Assembly: GCA_023244835.1 (NCBI GenBank)
Contig: JAHFLN010000003.1
Coordinates: forward strand, 1-51,631
Origin: Candidatus Harrisonbacteria bacterium
GTDB lineage: Bacteria > Patescibacteriota > Minisyncoccia > UBA6257 > UBA11618
Direction: 5' to 3'
DNA: 51,631 nt
Both the position numbers and the translations under genes were made by a program. The number at the start of each line of letters is the position of its first letter. The first letter of the stretch is position 1. Below, one piece after another: positions 36,882 to 49,170 of this stretch. The notes beneath the pieces were generated by a model. It was not told the DNA's origin, did not search any database, and saw only the letters and a program-made list of their open reading frames with translations.

Positions 36882-37316
36882 ATGACCATAGCGCAGCTCG
36901 TAATGCGTATCAGGGAGAAGAAGAATTGGGCTCAGAACAGGGTGGCCGAAGAGGTTGGGGTTGATCGCTCAACCTTATCGAAGACGGTGAATAAGAAAGG
37001 GGGTAGTATTCCCTGGGAAATGAAGCTACTCACGTTCGCGTGCAGGGAGGGCTTTGTAGAGGAGGTTCTGCTGTTTTTGATGGGCGGAAAGAAATCGGAT
37101 AGAAAGGTCTCGACGCTCATGTGGGCTTCGGTCCTATTCTCGGATCTCGCGCCAGAAGAGCTGAAGGCTCTACGGGAGGTTGAAAGTGCTGCAGGGGGTA
37201 AGGAGCCTCTTCCTCCTGAAACGATAGAATTCGTCGTGAAGGCGCTTCGCGCGCAGTCTCGGCCGGCAATCTCGGGCGAGGGAGGAACGGGCAGAAAAGC
37301 CAATACCCTCCCATAA
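36882..37316 (+). CDS. XRE/Cro-like HTH protein, paralog 1
   Basis: IREKKNWAQNRVAEEVGVDRSTLS HTH; promoter TTGACA-18-CATATT at 36793-36822. Confidence 0.78.
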   Translation: MTIAQLVMRIREKKNWAQNRVAEEVGVDRSTLSKTVNKKGGSIPWEMKLLTFACREGFVEEVLLFLMGGKKSDRKVSTLMWASVLFSDLAPEELKALREVESAAGGKEPLPPETIEFVVKALRAQSRPAISGEGGTGRKANTLP

Positions 37317-37466
37317 GGGGATAAGAAGGGGATGAAAAGCATCTATTGCGGCATTTTCCGATCGGAAAATGCCGTATTTTATTGACATAAATCATATTCA
37401 CGTGGCATGATATGCATGGTTTTAGGGTTAGATCATTTCTCATTTCCTTCGGGACGGGTTGGGTAT

Positions 37467-37937
37467 ATGACGCTTGAAGATCTGGTGTTGAATATTAGGA
37501 AGCATGGGGATTTGAACAAGACGGAGGTGGCAAAGGAGTTGGGTTTTTCCCGTGTCACGCTCTACAACAGGCTTAAGAAGCTGCGTCCGAGACTGCCGTT
37601 CGAAGTGAAGGTCCTCGTGCTCGCGTGCAAGAACGGGCTTATCATGGATGCGATCGCATTCTTACTTGGTCAGCAGGTAGCGCCGAAATTATCAAAGGAT
37701 TCGACGCTTATGCGGGCCGCTGCCTTCTTCCCCGATCTGTCGCCCGAGGAGCTTCGGGCAATTCGGGTTGTGGAGGATTCCCTAGGTGGCACGGAACCGC
37801 TTCCGATCGACATGGTGGAAGCCATTGTGAAGCGCATGCGAGGTCATATGGAACACCCGCCGGCGCTTCCGGTATCGGCGGATGGGTTGATTCAGTCAGG
37901 CGAGGTGGGTGCGGAAAAGACTGGTCTCCTTACATAG
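37467..37937 (+). CDS. XRE/Cro-like HTH protein, paralog 2
   Basis: NKTEVAKELGFSRVTLY HTH; C-terminal domain aligns with paralog 1; promoter TTGACA-18-CATGAT at 37382-37411. Confidence 0.78.
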   Translation: MTLEDLVLNIRKHGDLNKTEVAKELGFSRVTLYNRLKKLRPRLPFEVKVLVLACKNGLIMDAIAFLLGQQVAPKLSKDSTLMRAAAFFPDLSPEELRAIRVVEDSLGGTEPLPIDMVEAIVKRMRGHMEHPPALPVSADGLIQSGEVGAEKTGLLT

Positions 37938-37996
37938 GGAAGGGGGATGACGGGGTAAAAGATGCCGATAGGCGCAGGATGCGACCTATCGGTTTT

Positions 37997-39256
37997 TTAC
38001 TGGAACAGTTTCGCGTATTCCTCGTATCCTTCAGCGCCGAGATTTTCTTTTGGGATGAAGCGGAGCGCGGCCGAGTTCATGCAATAGTGTTTGCCGCCAC
38101 GGTCTGCGGGACCGTCATCGAACTTATGGCCGAGATGCGAACCTGCTAAGCGGCTTACGATCTCGGTACGGGGATAGAGGAGATAGTAGTCGGTTTTCTC
38201 TACGATATTTTCCGGCGCGAGAGGCTTTATAAAGCTCGGCCAGCCAGTGCCCGAGTCGAACTTATCCTTCGATGAGAAAAGAGGTTCGCCGGAGACAATA
38301 TCGACATATATACCATCGCGATATTCCTTGTCATATAGGTTGTCGAACGGCTTTTCCGTATCCGCTTCCTGCGTCACGGAGTATTGGAGCGGCGTGAGTT
38401 TCGCTTTAAGCTCGGCGAGAGAAGGTTTTATAAAGCACGGGCCGCAGAAGCCCTCGCGCGTTGGCTTGGGGCGGAGCGCCGTATAGCGTGCGGTTGCCTC
38501 CGCAGTCCAATAAGTCGCAAAGAAGGTCTCGCGGCCGCTGCCGCCGCGGTAGTACGAGTAGCGCACGGGATTTTTCGTATGATAGTCCTGATGGTAATCT
38601 TCGGCCACATAGAAGGGGCCGGCGGGGAGGATATCCGTTACGATAGCCTTATCGCTGAAGACATGGCTTGCGGTAAGGGCTTGTTTTGCGGCTTCGGCTT
38701 TCATTCGCTCGTCGTCAGTGCGGTAGAAAATCCCGCCCTTGTATGACGGGCCGCGATCGACGAATTGGCCGCCTGCGTCGGTAGGGTCGACGGCATGCTG
38801 GAAGAACCAGTCGAGGAGGCCGTCATAGGAAATAATTGCGGGGTCATAATGAACTTCGACCGATTCACGGTGGCCGGTTGTTTCGGACGAGACTTGTTGG
38901 TACGAGGGATTTTTTTCGATTCCTCCCGTATATCCCGAAATCACGGATATGACGCCGGGAGCCTTCTCAAAGTCGGCTTCGGTGCACCAGAAGCATCCGC
39001 CGGCGAAAGTAGCGACAGCTTCTCCATGCGGAGTATTCGCGGTGGTCGCAGGTTTCACGATCGGGGCGGCTTTCGTGGTTGGAAGAGTTTCGGGCGCGGG
39101 AGATGATTCCGGGGCTGGGGAGACTTCCTGTGCGAGGGGGGCTGATGCGGGCGAGAGTTCGGTGGGGTGCGAGCGCATGGCGCGGAAGCCGTAGACGCCC
39201 GAAGCGATGAGGAAGATAGCCGCAAAAGCGATCCCGAACTTCGCAGCTAAGCCCAT
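37997..39256 (-). CDS. msrAB: Membrane-anchored fused methionine sulfoxide reductase MsrA-MsrB
   Basis: TM anchor; [31 protein letters not shown] and YCMNS motifs. Confidence 0.93.
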   Translation of the reverse strand: MGLAAKFGIAFAAIFLIASGVYGFRAMRSHPTELSPASAPLAQEVSPAPESSPAPETLPTTKAAPIVKPATTANTPHGEAVATFAGGCFWCTEADFEKAPGVISVISGYTGGIEKNPSYQQVSSETTGHRESVEVHYDPAIISYDGLLDWFFQHAVDPTDAGGQFVDRGPSYKGGIFYRTDDERMKAEAAKQALTASHVFSDKAIVTDILPAGPFYVAEDYHQDYHTKNPVRYSYYRGGSGRETFFATYWTAEATARYTALRPKPTREGFCGPCFIKPSLAELKAKLTPLQYSVTQEADTEKPFDNLYDKEYRDGIYVDIVSGEPLFSSKDKFDSGTGWPSFIKPLAPENIVEKTDYYLLYPRTEIVSRLAGSHLGHKFDDGPADRGGKHYCMNSAALRFIPKENLGAEGYEEYAKLFQ

Positions 39257-39615
39257 AGGGAAAGGAAGACACCGAGATAATGCACGACGACGTAGAGGAA
39301 GAAAATATAGCCGAGTACGCCAATAACAAGCGTGATTGCGATGAGGTTTATAATCTCGTTCTTCCGTCGCACGGCGTCGTCGATTGTGCAGATGCCCTTT
39401 TGCCGGCGGAGATATGCGACGAGGCTCACGGCGAGCAATATAAGCCCCACGGCGCGGAACGCCCATTTATAAGTTCCATAGAGCGTCGTTGCGAGCGATG
39501 CGCCGAAGGAGACGCTCGCGAGACCAAACGATACGAGAATTACAGGCGAGAGGCAGCAGAGCGAGGCGACGAAAACGGGGAACGCCGATAGTTTAAAGAT
39601 GTCTTTGATGCGCAT
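39247..39615 (-). CDS. Small membrane protein with CC motif (MerT/MerF-like)
   Basis: ASLCCLSP and three TM helices; overlaps the msrAB start. Confidence 0.7.
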   Translation of the reverse strand: MRIKDIFKLSAFPVFVASLCCLSPVILVSFGLASVSFGASLATTLYGTYKWAFRAVGLILLAVSLVAYLRRQKGICTIDDAVRRKNEIINLIAITLVIGVLGYIFFLYVVVHYLGVFLSLWA

Positions 39616-39705
39616 ATCCTAATAATAGGAGGTTTTACAAAAAAACGCACGGCATTTCTGCCGTGCGTTGAGATGGATTCCGTGATTTTTTTGAAGCGAA
39701 CGCGA

Positions 39706-39873
39706 TCATCGTGCGATTTTCTGCCTTGCTCGTTTGCGCTCTCTCACGCGATACGCCGCGGCCGCATCGCCATTCTTCGCCTTTCGGTTGTCGATGTGCC
39801 GTTTCGCCGTTTCTCGGATCTTATTCGGATCCTTATGGCGATTTTTCTTTCCAATGAACATGACGTTGGCCAT
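39706..39873 (-). CDS. Small highly basic protein (55 aa; below the ORF-track cutoff)
   Basis: MANVMFIGKKNRHKDPNKIRETAKRHIDNRKAKNGDAAAAYRVRERKRARQKIAR; SD AGGAGAGGAG; terminator AACGCACGGCA/TGCCGTGCGTT (~39638-39669). Confidence 0.55.
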   Translation of the reverse strand: MANVMFIGKKNRHKDPNKIRETAKRHIDNRKAKNGDAAAAYRVRERKRARQKIAR

Positions 39874-40068
39874 AGCTCTCCTCTCCTGTGCGTGATGGAT
39901 CAGTCGATGGGAAACACCAGGTAAAAGAGTGCCATAATGCTTATTTCATAGCAATAACGCTAATTTTCTAGATATATTTGACTTTTTATAAGGATATGTA
40001 GTATACTATATACGGAAGCGGGAAGTGTAGTCGGATTTCTAGGTTCTATATACAATCAACAGCAATCA

Positions 40069-40266
40069 ATGACAGGAAGCATAAAGACATTGACGGACAA
40101 GGGGTTCGGATTCATCACGTACGAAGGTGCGGCGAAGGATCTGTTCTTCCACTCCAATGACTTAAACGACGTGGCATTCGACGATCTTAAGACCGGCGAC
40201 ATGCTCTCGTTCGACATCGTCGAGGGAGACAAGGGTTTGAGCGCGAAGAATATTCACCGCGCATAA
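40069..40266 (+). CDS. Cold-shock domain protein
   Basis: KGFGFI and LFFH RNP motifs; TTGACT-18-TATACT promoter; terminator ~40284-40314. Confidence 0.95.
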   Translation: MTGSIKTLTDKGFGFITYEGAAKDLFFHSNDLNDVAFDDLKTGDMLSFDIVEGDKGLSAKNIHRA

Positions 40267-40390
40267 GCCATCCGTTAGGAAGGAAAACGCCCCGTTTTAA
40301 AACGGGGCGTTTTTCGTTGTCAGTAGATGCGGATCGTGCTAGCATGGAAGCCTGTTTCGCATAGCACATTAGATAGAAGGGGGGTGTGTC

Positions 40391-40723
40391 ATGCGGCCGT
40401 TCATGTTTCTATGGAATATGGCATGTCTCGTCATCGTGGTATGCGCCATGCTTTTTCTGATTGCCGTCCATCTGTCATGCGTCGCATGCTGGCGCGTCCG
40501 CGAAAGCATTGCGCTCGCAGGGCTTGATACGGACGCGGCGAGCGCTCTCCTGCGGCTCTCGCGATTGCGGCGGCAACTGGATACCGAGCAGGGACAGTTC
40601 GATTGGCACTATCGGTGCCAGGTTGAACGGGGTATCGAGGAAGCGCGCACGGAAGCGCGTAGAAAGCGCGCGGATGGCGGATATGCGATACACCGCTTCC
40701 GCCTTTGGATGATGGGAGCATGA
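40391..40723 (+). CDS. Hypothetical protein with N-terminal TM helix
   Basis: TTGTCA-17-TAGCAT promoter (40317-40345), SD AAGGGGG, terminator ~40754-40781. Confidence 0.5.
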   Translation: MRPFMFLWNMACLVIVVCAMLFLIAVHLSCVACWRVRESIALAGLDTDAASALLRLSRLRRQLDTEQGQFDWHYRCQVERGIEEARTEARRKRADGGYAIHRFRLWMMGA

Positions 40724-40818
40724 ACGGACCGGCATGATGCCGTTTCTCCGTTCGGGCCCGGCGCGTCGCCGGGCCCTTTTTCTTGCGTCGACGGGCACAG
40801 GCAGGATACGCTCTATGC

Positions 40819-41067
40819 ATGAAAACTCCATGGGGCGGAATGTGGAAGTTTATGTCGTTCCGGAACTTCTGGGCGAAGATTATATGGGTGCGAGGCAGGA
40901 CAAGCCTGCAGTCGCATGCGAACCGCACCGAATATCATTTCGGCTTCTACAAGGTGAAGCCGGGCGAGAAGCACCGCATGCAGCACGGCCTGTTCCTGGA
41001 GATCGCGACGGGTCGTCCGGAGGAGGCTGATATCGTTCGCTACGAAGATGACTATGGACGGGGATAG
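40819..41067 (+). CDS. Minimal cupin, type II mannose-6-phosphate isomerase-like
   Basis: KTPWG, SLQSH..R.E, KHR, LEIATG and DIVRYEDDYGR motifs. Confidence 0.72.
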   Translation: MKTPWGGMWKFMSFRNFWAKIIWVRGRTSLQSHANRTEYHFGFYKVKPGEKHRMQHGLFLEIATGRPEEADIVRYEDDYGRG

Positions 41068-41076
41068 GATGATGCT

Positions 41077-41463
41077 ATGAAAAACATACCCATAATCACA
41101 GTCTGTATTTTCGGAATACTCGTAATCGCAAGCTTCGGTATGTTCGTGGCGGAGCGGAGGTCTGCTGTTCCTGATGGAAAGTACGATGCGTTCGCGAAAT
41201 GTCTAGGGGAGAAGAAGGCAACGTTCTACGGCGCGTTTTGGTGTTCGCATTGTCAGGCGCAAAAGAAGGAATTCGGCTCGTCGGCGCGCCTCCTGCCCTA
41301 TGTCGAGTGCTCGACGCCCGACGGCAATGGCATCACGGCGGTGTGTAAGGAAAAGGGAATACAAGGATACCCGACGTGGGAGTTCGCGGATGGCACGCGT
41401 GAGACGGGCGAGCTTTCCCTTGAGCGTCTTGCGGAGAAGACCGGGTGTCTCTTGCCGTCATGA
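41077..41463 (+). CDS. Membrane-anchored thioredoxin-like protein
   Basis: FYGAFWCSHC, YVEC and I.GYPTW motifs. Confidence 0.87.
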   Translation: MKNIPIITVCIFGILVIASFGMFVAERRSAVPDGKYDAFAKCLGEKKATFYGAFWCSHCQAQKKEFGSSARLLPYVECSTPDGNGITAVCKEKGIQGYPTWEFADGTRETGELSLERLAEKTGCLLPS

Positions 41464-41999
41464 CGCCGGTCGTCGCTTCGGTAACCTATATCCTCGCAGC
41501 GCTGTCCGTGGCGCTTGATGTCGCGATCGTCATTGTTATTATTTCGATCATCCTGCGCCACGGCGCGGGGAAGCCTGTATTTCTCTTTATTGCGCGCCAT
41601 GGCGTATTGATTGCGTTTATAGCGGCTTTCGCGTCGCTTGGGGGAAGCCTGTTCTATTCGGAGTTCGCGGGGTTCGTACCCTGCACGCTCTGCTGGATTC
41701 AGCGGGTATGCATGTATCCGCAGATCGTCTTATTGGGGTTTACTCTCCGTCGGTATGATGCGAAGCTCGTGCTTTCTTCGCTTATTCTTTCGGGCTTAGG
41801 CGCGCTCGTCGCAGGATATAACCAGTATCTCCAATTCGGAGGCAATCCGCTTGTGCCCTGCGGCACGGGGCCGGGAACCGTTTCGTGCGCGCAACGCTTT
41901 TTCGTGGAGTTCGGGTATATGACGATCCCTATGATGTCTTTGACCGCCTTCGCTCTGATCGGCGTGGCGCTCGTTGCTGAAAGAATCCACAGGGGATAG
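41460..41999 (+). CDS. dsbB: Disulfide bond formation protein DsbB/BdbC
   Basis: PCTLCWIQR.CMYP, second Cys pair and TIP.MS motifs. Confidence 0.9.
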   Translation: MTPVVASVTYILAALSVALDVAIVIVIISIILRHGAGKPVFLFIARHGVLIAFIAAFASLGGSLFYSEFAGFVPCTLCWIQRVCMYPQIVLLGFTLRRYDAKLVLSSLILSGLGALVAGYNQYLQFGGNPLVPCGTGPGTVSCAQRFFVEFGYMTIPMMSLTAFALIGVALVAERIHRG

Positions 42000-42026
42000 T
42001 CGGAGGCGATGCGGTATGATTGATTC

Positions 42027-42818
42027 ATGGTCGCTCATGCCATGCATCGCCATCACGGTCCCGCGCTTCGCGCGCATGCGGCATTCACGCCGTTCTTTCT
42101 TCTTGTCGTCGCATTCGGGATATTCGGCATCGCATCCCTTTTCCCGTTCAGTCCCGCGCCAGTCGCGCCTCCCTCGTACATAGCGGCGGCGCTCGCCGCC
42201 ACGTTCATGCGGCTCATGGCGGCGTACATTGCCGCCGTCATATGCGCGGTTCCGCTCGCGATTCTCGCGACCCGGGGGGCGCTCATGGAAAAGATATTTC
42301 TGCCGGTGTTCGACATTCTCCAGTCGGTGCCCACGCTCGCGTTCTTCCCGCTCGTGATCGCGATTTTCCTGCAGTACGGCTTCGTGAACGGCGCGGCGGT
42401 ATTCATACTTTTCCTAAATATGTTGTGGAATATCGTGTTCAGTCTGATCGCCGGAATCGGCGCGGTGCCGCACGAGATATTCTCCGCCGCGCGGGTATTC
42501 AATATGCGGGGCGCGTTCTTCTTCAAGCGCGTACTTCTGCCCGCGATCCTGCCCGCGTTTGTCACGGGATCGCTCTTCGCGTGGGCGGAGGGGTGGAATG
42601 TGGTGATTATCGCGGAAGTTCTCCATACCTATATACCCGGCGGAACGTCGGCTAACGATCTTTTTGGGATCGGAAGCGTGCTCGCGAACGCGCCCGCGTC
42701 GGGATCGGGCGCGACCTTTATCGCCGCGATCCTGGGGCTTGTGGGGCTTATAGCGGTCTTGAATTTCGTCGTATGGCAAAGGCTATTGCATTATGCGGAA
42801 ACATACAGATTCGAATGA
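42027..42818 (+). CDS. ABC transporter permease (nitrate/sulfonate type)
   Basis: DILQSVP.LAF.P, EAA-like loop and W..IIAE motifs. Confidence 0.88.
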   Translation: MVAHAMHRHHGPALRAHAAFTPFFLLVVAFGIFGIASLFPFSPAPVAPPSYIAAALAATFMRLMAAYIAAVICAVPLAILATRGALMEKIFLPVFDILQSVPTLAFFPLVIAIFLQYGFVNGAAVFILFLNMLWNIVFSLIAGIGAVPHEIFSAARVFNMRGAFFFKRVLLPAILPAFVTGSLFAWAEGWNVVIIAEVLHTYIPGGTSANDLFGIGSVLANAPASGSGATFIAAILGLVGLIAVLNFVVWQRLLHYAETYRFE

Positions 42819-43518
42819 TATAATCGCCTTCGAGGCGGTAAGTAAGGCATATGGCACGGGCGACGCGGCGCTCAAAGACGCTTCTTTGTCCGTCGAGCGC
42901 GGATCGTTCACGTGCATTATAGGCCCTTCAGGCGGAGGGAAATCGACGGCCTTGAAAATTATCGCGGGCCTCGAGGAGCCGACATCGGGCACGGTTATGA
43001 AACCCGACCATGTCTCGATGGTATTCCAGTCGGGCGCGCTCATGCCGTGGCTCACGGCAGGGGAGAATGCGGCGCTTCCGCTTGAGGCGCAGGGTATGGC
43101 GGCGGACAAGGCCGCACGCGAGGCGCGCAAGTGGCTTAGAATGTTGGGGCTCCGTGGGCTCGAAGGCAAGCTGCCGCGCGAGCTGTCGGGCGGGGAGAGG
43201 CAGAGGGTCGGCATCGCCCGTGCGCTCGCTGTGAATCCGGCCATGCTCCTTTTAGACGAGCCGTTCGCCGCGCTTGATCCGAAGACGACTGACGATCTGC
43301 ACCGGGATATCGTGGATATCTGGAAAGAGACCGGAAAGACGATCGTCATGGTGTCGCATTCGATCGAGGAGGCGGTCGCGCTTTCGACGCGCATACTCCT
43401 TATGAAAGATCATGTGGTTAGGAAAACATTCGATATCGACTTGCCGCATCCGCATCGTGCGCACGCGGTCGCATTTTCGCGCGAGGTCGCGCATATCAGG
43501 AAGGAATTTTTTAAATAA
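42793..43518 (+). CDS. ABC transporter ATP-binding protein
   Basis: GPSGGGKST, LSGGERQR and LLLDEPF motifs. Confidence 0.93.
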   Translation: MRKHTDSNDIIAFEAVSKAYGTGDAALKDASLSVERGSFTCIIGPSGGGKSTALKIIAGLEEPTSGTVMKPDHVSMVFQSGALMPWLTAGENAALPLEAQGMAADKAAREARKWLRMLGLRGLEGKLPRELSGGERQRVGIARALAVNPAMLLLDEPFAALDPKTTDDLHRDIVDIWKETGKTIVMVSHSIEEAVALSTRILLMKDHVVRKTFDIDLPHPHRAHAVAFSREVAHIRKEFFK

Positions 43519-43621
43519 AAAGAAGCGGCCGTTCATAGAGTTAAGCATATAACAGAGTAGGGTTTAAGGGTTATAATGCTTGGTAAACTGGGCTATATAT
43601 GGCATACTTAACTGTTTACTT

Positions 43622-45640
43622 ATGGCCGGAAAATTTAGGATACATTCGGATAATGCTCCCGCGGGTGACCAGCCCGGGGCTATTGCCGCGCTCGTAGAGG
43701 GTCTCGAAAAGGGCTTCGACCGGCAGACTCTTTTAGGCGTCACGGGCTCAGGAAAGACCTTTACGATCGCGAACGTGATCGAGAAGATACAGCGCCCCAC
43801 GCTCGTTATTGCGCATAACAAGACCCTAGCCGCCCAGCTCTGTAATGAGTTTCGGGAGCTGTTTCCCGACAACGCGGTGCACTACTTCGTATCGTATTAC
43901 GACTATTATCAGCCCGAGGCGTATATGCCCGGCTCGGATACCTATATCGCGAAAGAGGCAATGATAAACGACGAGATCGATAAATTACGCCATGCGGCGA
44001 CAACGGCGCTTTTGACGCGCAAGGACGTGATCGTCGTCGCCTCGGTCTCCTGTATCTACGGTCTCGGCGCCCCGGCCGAATATGCGGCAAATATTCTGCA
44101 TTTCAAAGTAGGCGAAGCGCTCGACCGCGCGGCGCTCTCCCGCAAGCTCATATCGCTCCACTTCACGCGCACCACCGCCGATCTTACACGCGGCACATTC
44201 CGACTGATCGGCGACCAGTGGGAGATTATGCCGCCCGACCGCGAGCTTATATATGTGATCGAGACGGAAAAAGGATTCATGCGGAAAATCTACGAAGTGA
44301 ATCCGGTCGAGGGATTCGTAGCAGGAAAGACACCGGAGGTTCACGAGGCGGTCATTGCCCCCGCGAAACATTATGTGACATCCGCCCCCGACCGCGCGCG
44401 GGCGATTGCGGCGATCCAGAAGGAGTTGAAAGTCCAGCTCGCCGTCTTCGAGAAGGAGAAGAAGTTTTTGGAGGCCGAGCGGCTCGAGCGTCGCACGAAT
44501 TTCGACATCGCGATGATGCGCGAGATCGGCTATTGCAACGGCATCGAGAACTATTCGCGCCATCTCTCCGGTCGTAATGCGGGCGCGCCGCCCGAGACAT
44601 TGCTCGATTATTTTCCCAAGGGGTTCCTGACCGTGATCGATGAGTCGCATGTGGCAGTGTCCCAGATCGGCGGCATGTATGCGGGCGACGCGGCGCGGAA
44701 GAAAACCCTCGTGGAATACGGTTTTCGCCTGCCGAGCGCGGCCGACAATCGGCCGCTCACCTTCGACGAATTTACAGAACGCGTGGGCCAAGTGATCTTC
44801 ACGTCGGCGACGCCGTCTGCACACGAATACGGGGTAAGCAAGCAGGTTGTCGAGCAGATCATTCGCCCTACAGGTCTCGTGGATCCGAAGACAACCGTAC
44901 TTCCCGCGCGCGGGCAGATAGAGGACCTGATTCCGCGCATGGACGAGCGGATTAAAAAGAAGGAGCGCGTATTGGTAACCACGCTCACAAAGAAGATGGC
45001 CGAGGACTTAAGCGCGTACCTCGAGGAGCGCGAATACAAGGCTGCATATCTGCATAGTGACGTGAAGACCCTGGAGCGCGTGCGGATTTTAACCGATCTC
45101 CGGAAGGGCGTATATGATATCCTGGTCGGCGTGAACCTCCTGCGTGAGGGGCTCGACCTGCCGGAGGTATCGCTCGTCGCGATTCTCGATGCGGATAAGG
45201 AAGGATTCTTGCGGAGCGAGACATCCCTCATACAAACCATCGGCCGCGCCGCACGGCACGTGAACGGCGAAGTGCTTCTCTATGCGGATATGATGACAGG
45301 CTCCTTGACGAAGGCGCTTTCGGAAACCAAGCGCCGCAGGGATCGCCAGCTCGCGTATAATAAGGAGCACGGCATAACGCCGCGCACAGTCGTGCGGGCC
45401 ATAAAGGATATTATGCCTGCCTCCGCCATAGCCTCGCTCGAAGCCGCGCCGATCATCGGATCGAAGGAGGGGCTTGCGAAGTTCATAAAAGCGAAAGAAA
45501 GGGAGATGCGCGAGGCGGCGGGCGAACTGAATTTCGAGCTCGCGACGCTTCTGCGGGAAGAGATCAAGGAATTGAAGAGGGAGTTGGAGAAGGCCGAGGC
45601 CTCGCTTCCCGCAAAAGGAAAAAAATCTAAAAAAACATGA
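43622..45640 (+). CDS. uvrB: Excinuclease ABC subunit B
   Basis: GVTGSGKT, SYYDYYQPE, DESH, NLLREGLD and C-terminal UVR domain. Confidence 0.97.
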   Translation: MAGKFRIHSDNAPAGDQPGAIAALVEGLEKGFDRQTLLGVTGSGKTFTIANVIEKIQRPTLVIAHNKTLAAQLCNEFRELFPDNAVHYFVSYYDYYQPEAYMPGSDTYIAKEAMINDEIDKLRHAATTALLTRKDVIVVASVSCIYGLGAPAEYAANILHFKVGEALDRAALSRKLISLHFTRTTADLTRGTFRLIGDQWEIMPPDRELIYVIETEKGFMRKIYEVNPVEGFVAGKTPEVHEAVIAPAKHYVTSAPDRARAIAAIQKELKVQLAVFEKEKKFLEAERLERRTNFDIAMMREIGYCNGIENYSRHLSGRNAGAPPETLLDYFPKGFLTVIDESHVAVSQIGGMYAGDAARKKTLVEYGFRLPSAADNRPLTFDEFTERVGQVIFTSATPSAHEYGVSKQVVEQIIRPTGLVDPKTTVLPARGQIEDLIPRMDERIKKKERVLVTTLTKKMAEDLSAYLEEREYKAAYLHSDVKTLERVRILTDLRKGVYDILVGVNLLREGLDLPEVSLVAILDADKEGFLRSETSLIQTIGRAARHVNGEVLLYADMMTGSLTKALSETKRRRDRQLAYNKEHGITPRTVVRAIKDIMPASAIASLEAAPIIGSKEGLAKFIKAKEREMREAAGELNFELATLLREEIKELKRELEKAEASLPAKGKKSKKT

Positions 45641-45641
45641 A

Positions 45642-45757
45642 TCCCGTTAGAAATAATCCGATTGTTTTCGGAAATGGAATTGGGTATTATAGCCTATCTA
45701 TGGATCGGGATATTTATAATGCGGCACGGCCGTCTATGACGGCCTATTTCTAACGGG
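45642..45757. mobile_element. 116-bp MITE-like palindromic insertion
   Basis: Terminal inverted repeats CCCGTTAGAAATA/TATTTCTAACGGG, flanked by direct repeat ATGAA at 45637-45641 and 45758-45762. Confidence 0.78.
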
Positions 45758-48295
<2,538 letters not shown>

Positions 48296-48366
48296 AAAAA
48301 GAACCTCGATAGGCCGAAGCTCGTCGAGGTTCCAATGTTCCTTATGCGGCAGGAACGGCCGTTTCC

Positions 48367-48615
48367 TCAATGCATCGTGATTACTCGATCCCAGGTGAGC
48401 GATTGGCCGCCATGGTTACGCGTCATCGAGACGGCGCGATCATGATGGGAAAATTCAAATGATGCTTGCAAACGCTGGAGATCGAGCATCTTTTTGGCCT
48501 TGAGGCCGGGAGACGGATCGGGATCGGCGGTCACGGGCCGGAGGCCTGCGAGCCGTAGCGCGACAAATGTGATCATCTCCCGCATGCCAGTTCTGGTGCC
48601 GAGTAATACGTTCAC
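48367..48615 (-). CDS. Small hypothetical protein (82 aa)
   Basis: SD AAGGAG before GTG 48615; TTGACA-18-TACTAT promoter (48694-48665); terminator ~48295-48332. Confidence 0.5.
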   Translation of the reverse strand: MNVLLGTRTGMREMITFVALRLAGLRPVTADPDPSPGLKAKKMLDLQRLQASFEFSHHDRAVSMTRNHGGQSLTWDRVITMH

Positions 48616-48696
48616 TATCCCACTCCTTAAATCGAGGAAGAGCTGTCGTTGGCTGATCATGTATATAGTACCATAGATACTATATACTTGTCAATT

Positions 48697-49108
48697 AAAA
48701 AAGAAACCTTGGGGGTGATGTCCCCCCAAGGTGGTCGCGCAGGCGACCTATTAGCCAGATCCTGAGCTTTTTCGGGTTCAGGTCTTGTCCCTATCACGAC
48801 CGCATACCCCCGTTTCGAACGGAGGAGAGGCGGTGCGTGCGGCGCATGGTTTGCCCGCAACGCGATCCGGAGTTCCGTATGGTCGTGATCCATACGGCCT
48901 TCTGCAGTGAGGCGACTATTCGCCTCAGAGCCACGAGATGCTTGATGCTAAGGCATTCTCCGAAGCTCTCTATCGCCAGACCAAGCCTTGCCCCTTGGCG
49001 TAAAGTATGGGCTAGGCTTGCCACGCTGTCGCCGAGAAACTCTCGGCATTCCCTCTAAGCCCGCATGGGATCGGCTTTCGAGGCACATCGAATAATAACA
49101 AGATCTGC
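48697..49108 (-). ncRNA. Candidate ~400-nt structured non-coding RNA of unknown family
   Basis: Promoter TTGACA-17-TACGAT (49141-49113), at least seven hairpins, terminator 48706-48732 plus T-tract, no convincing ORF. Confidence 0.55.
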
Positions 49109-49170
49109 CTATATCGTAGTCTATTATCAATAATTTGTCAATAGGAGTCGGGCGGGGTAGTATGGGGCGT

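Noticed and set aside
4878-39466. Long upstream extensions in the ORF track (e.g. starts at 5495, 7372, 8208, 20220, 35361, 39466)
   Set aside because: They overlap neighbouring genes or promoters; downstream starts fit SD or -10 placement and domain boundaries better.
48697-49108. RNase P RNA, tmRNA, SRP RNA or 6S RNA
   Set aside because: No GAGGAAAGUCC, no tRNA-like ends and no SRP GGAA-loop motif. One hairpin loosely recalls 6S, but the length and many local hairpins do not fit a single long rod. A covariance search is still needed.
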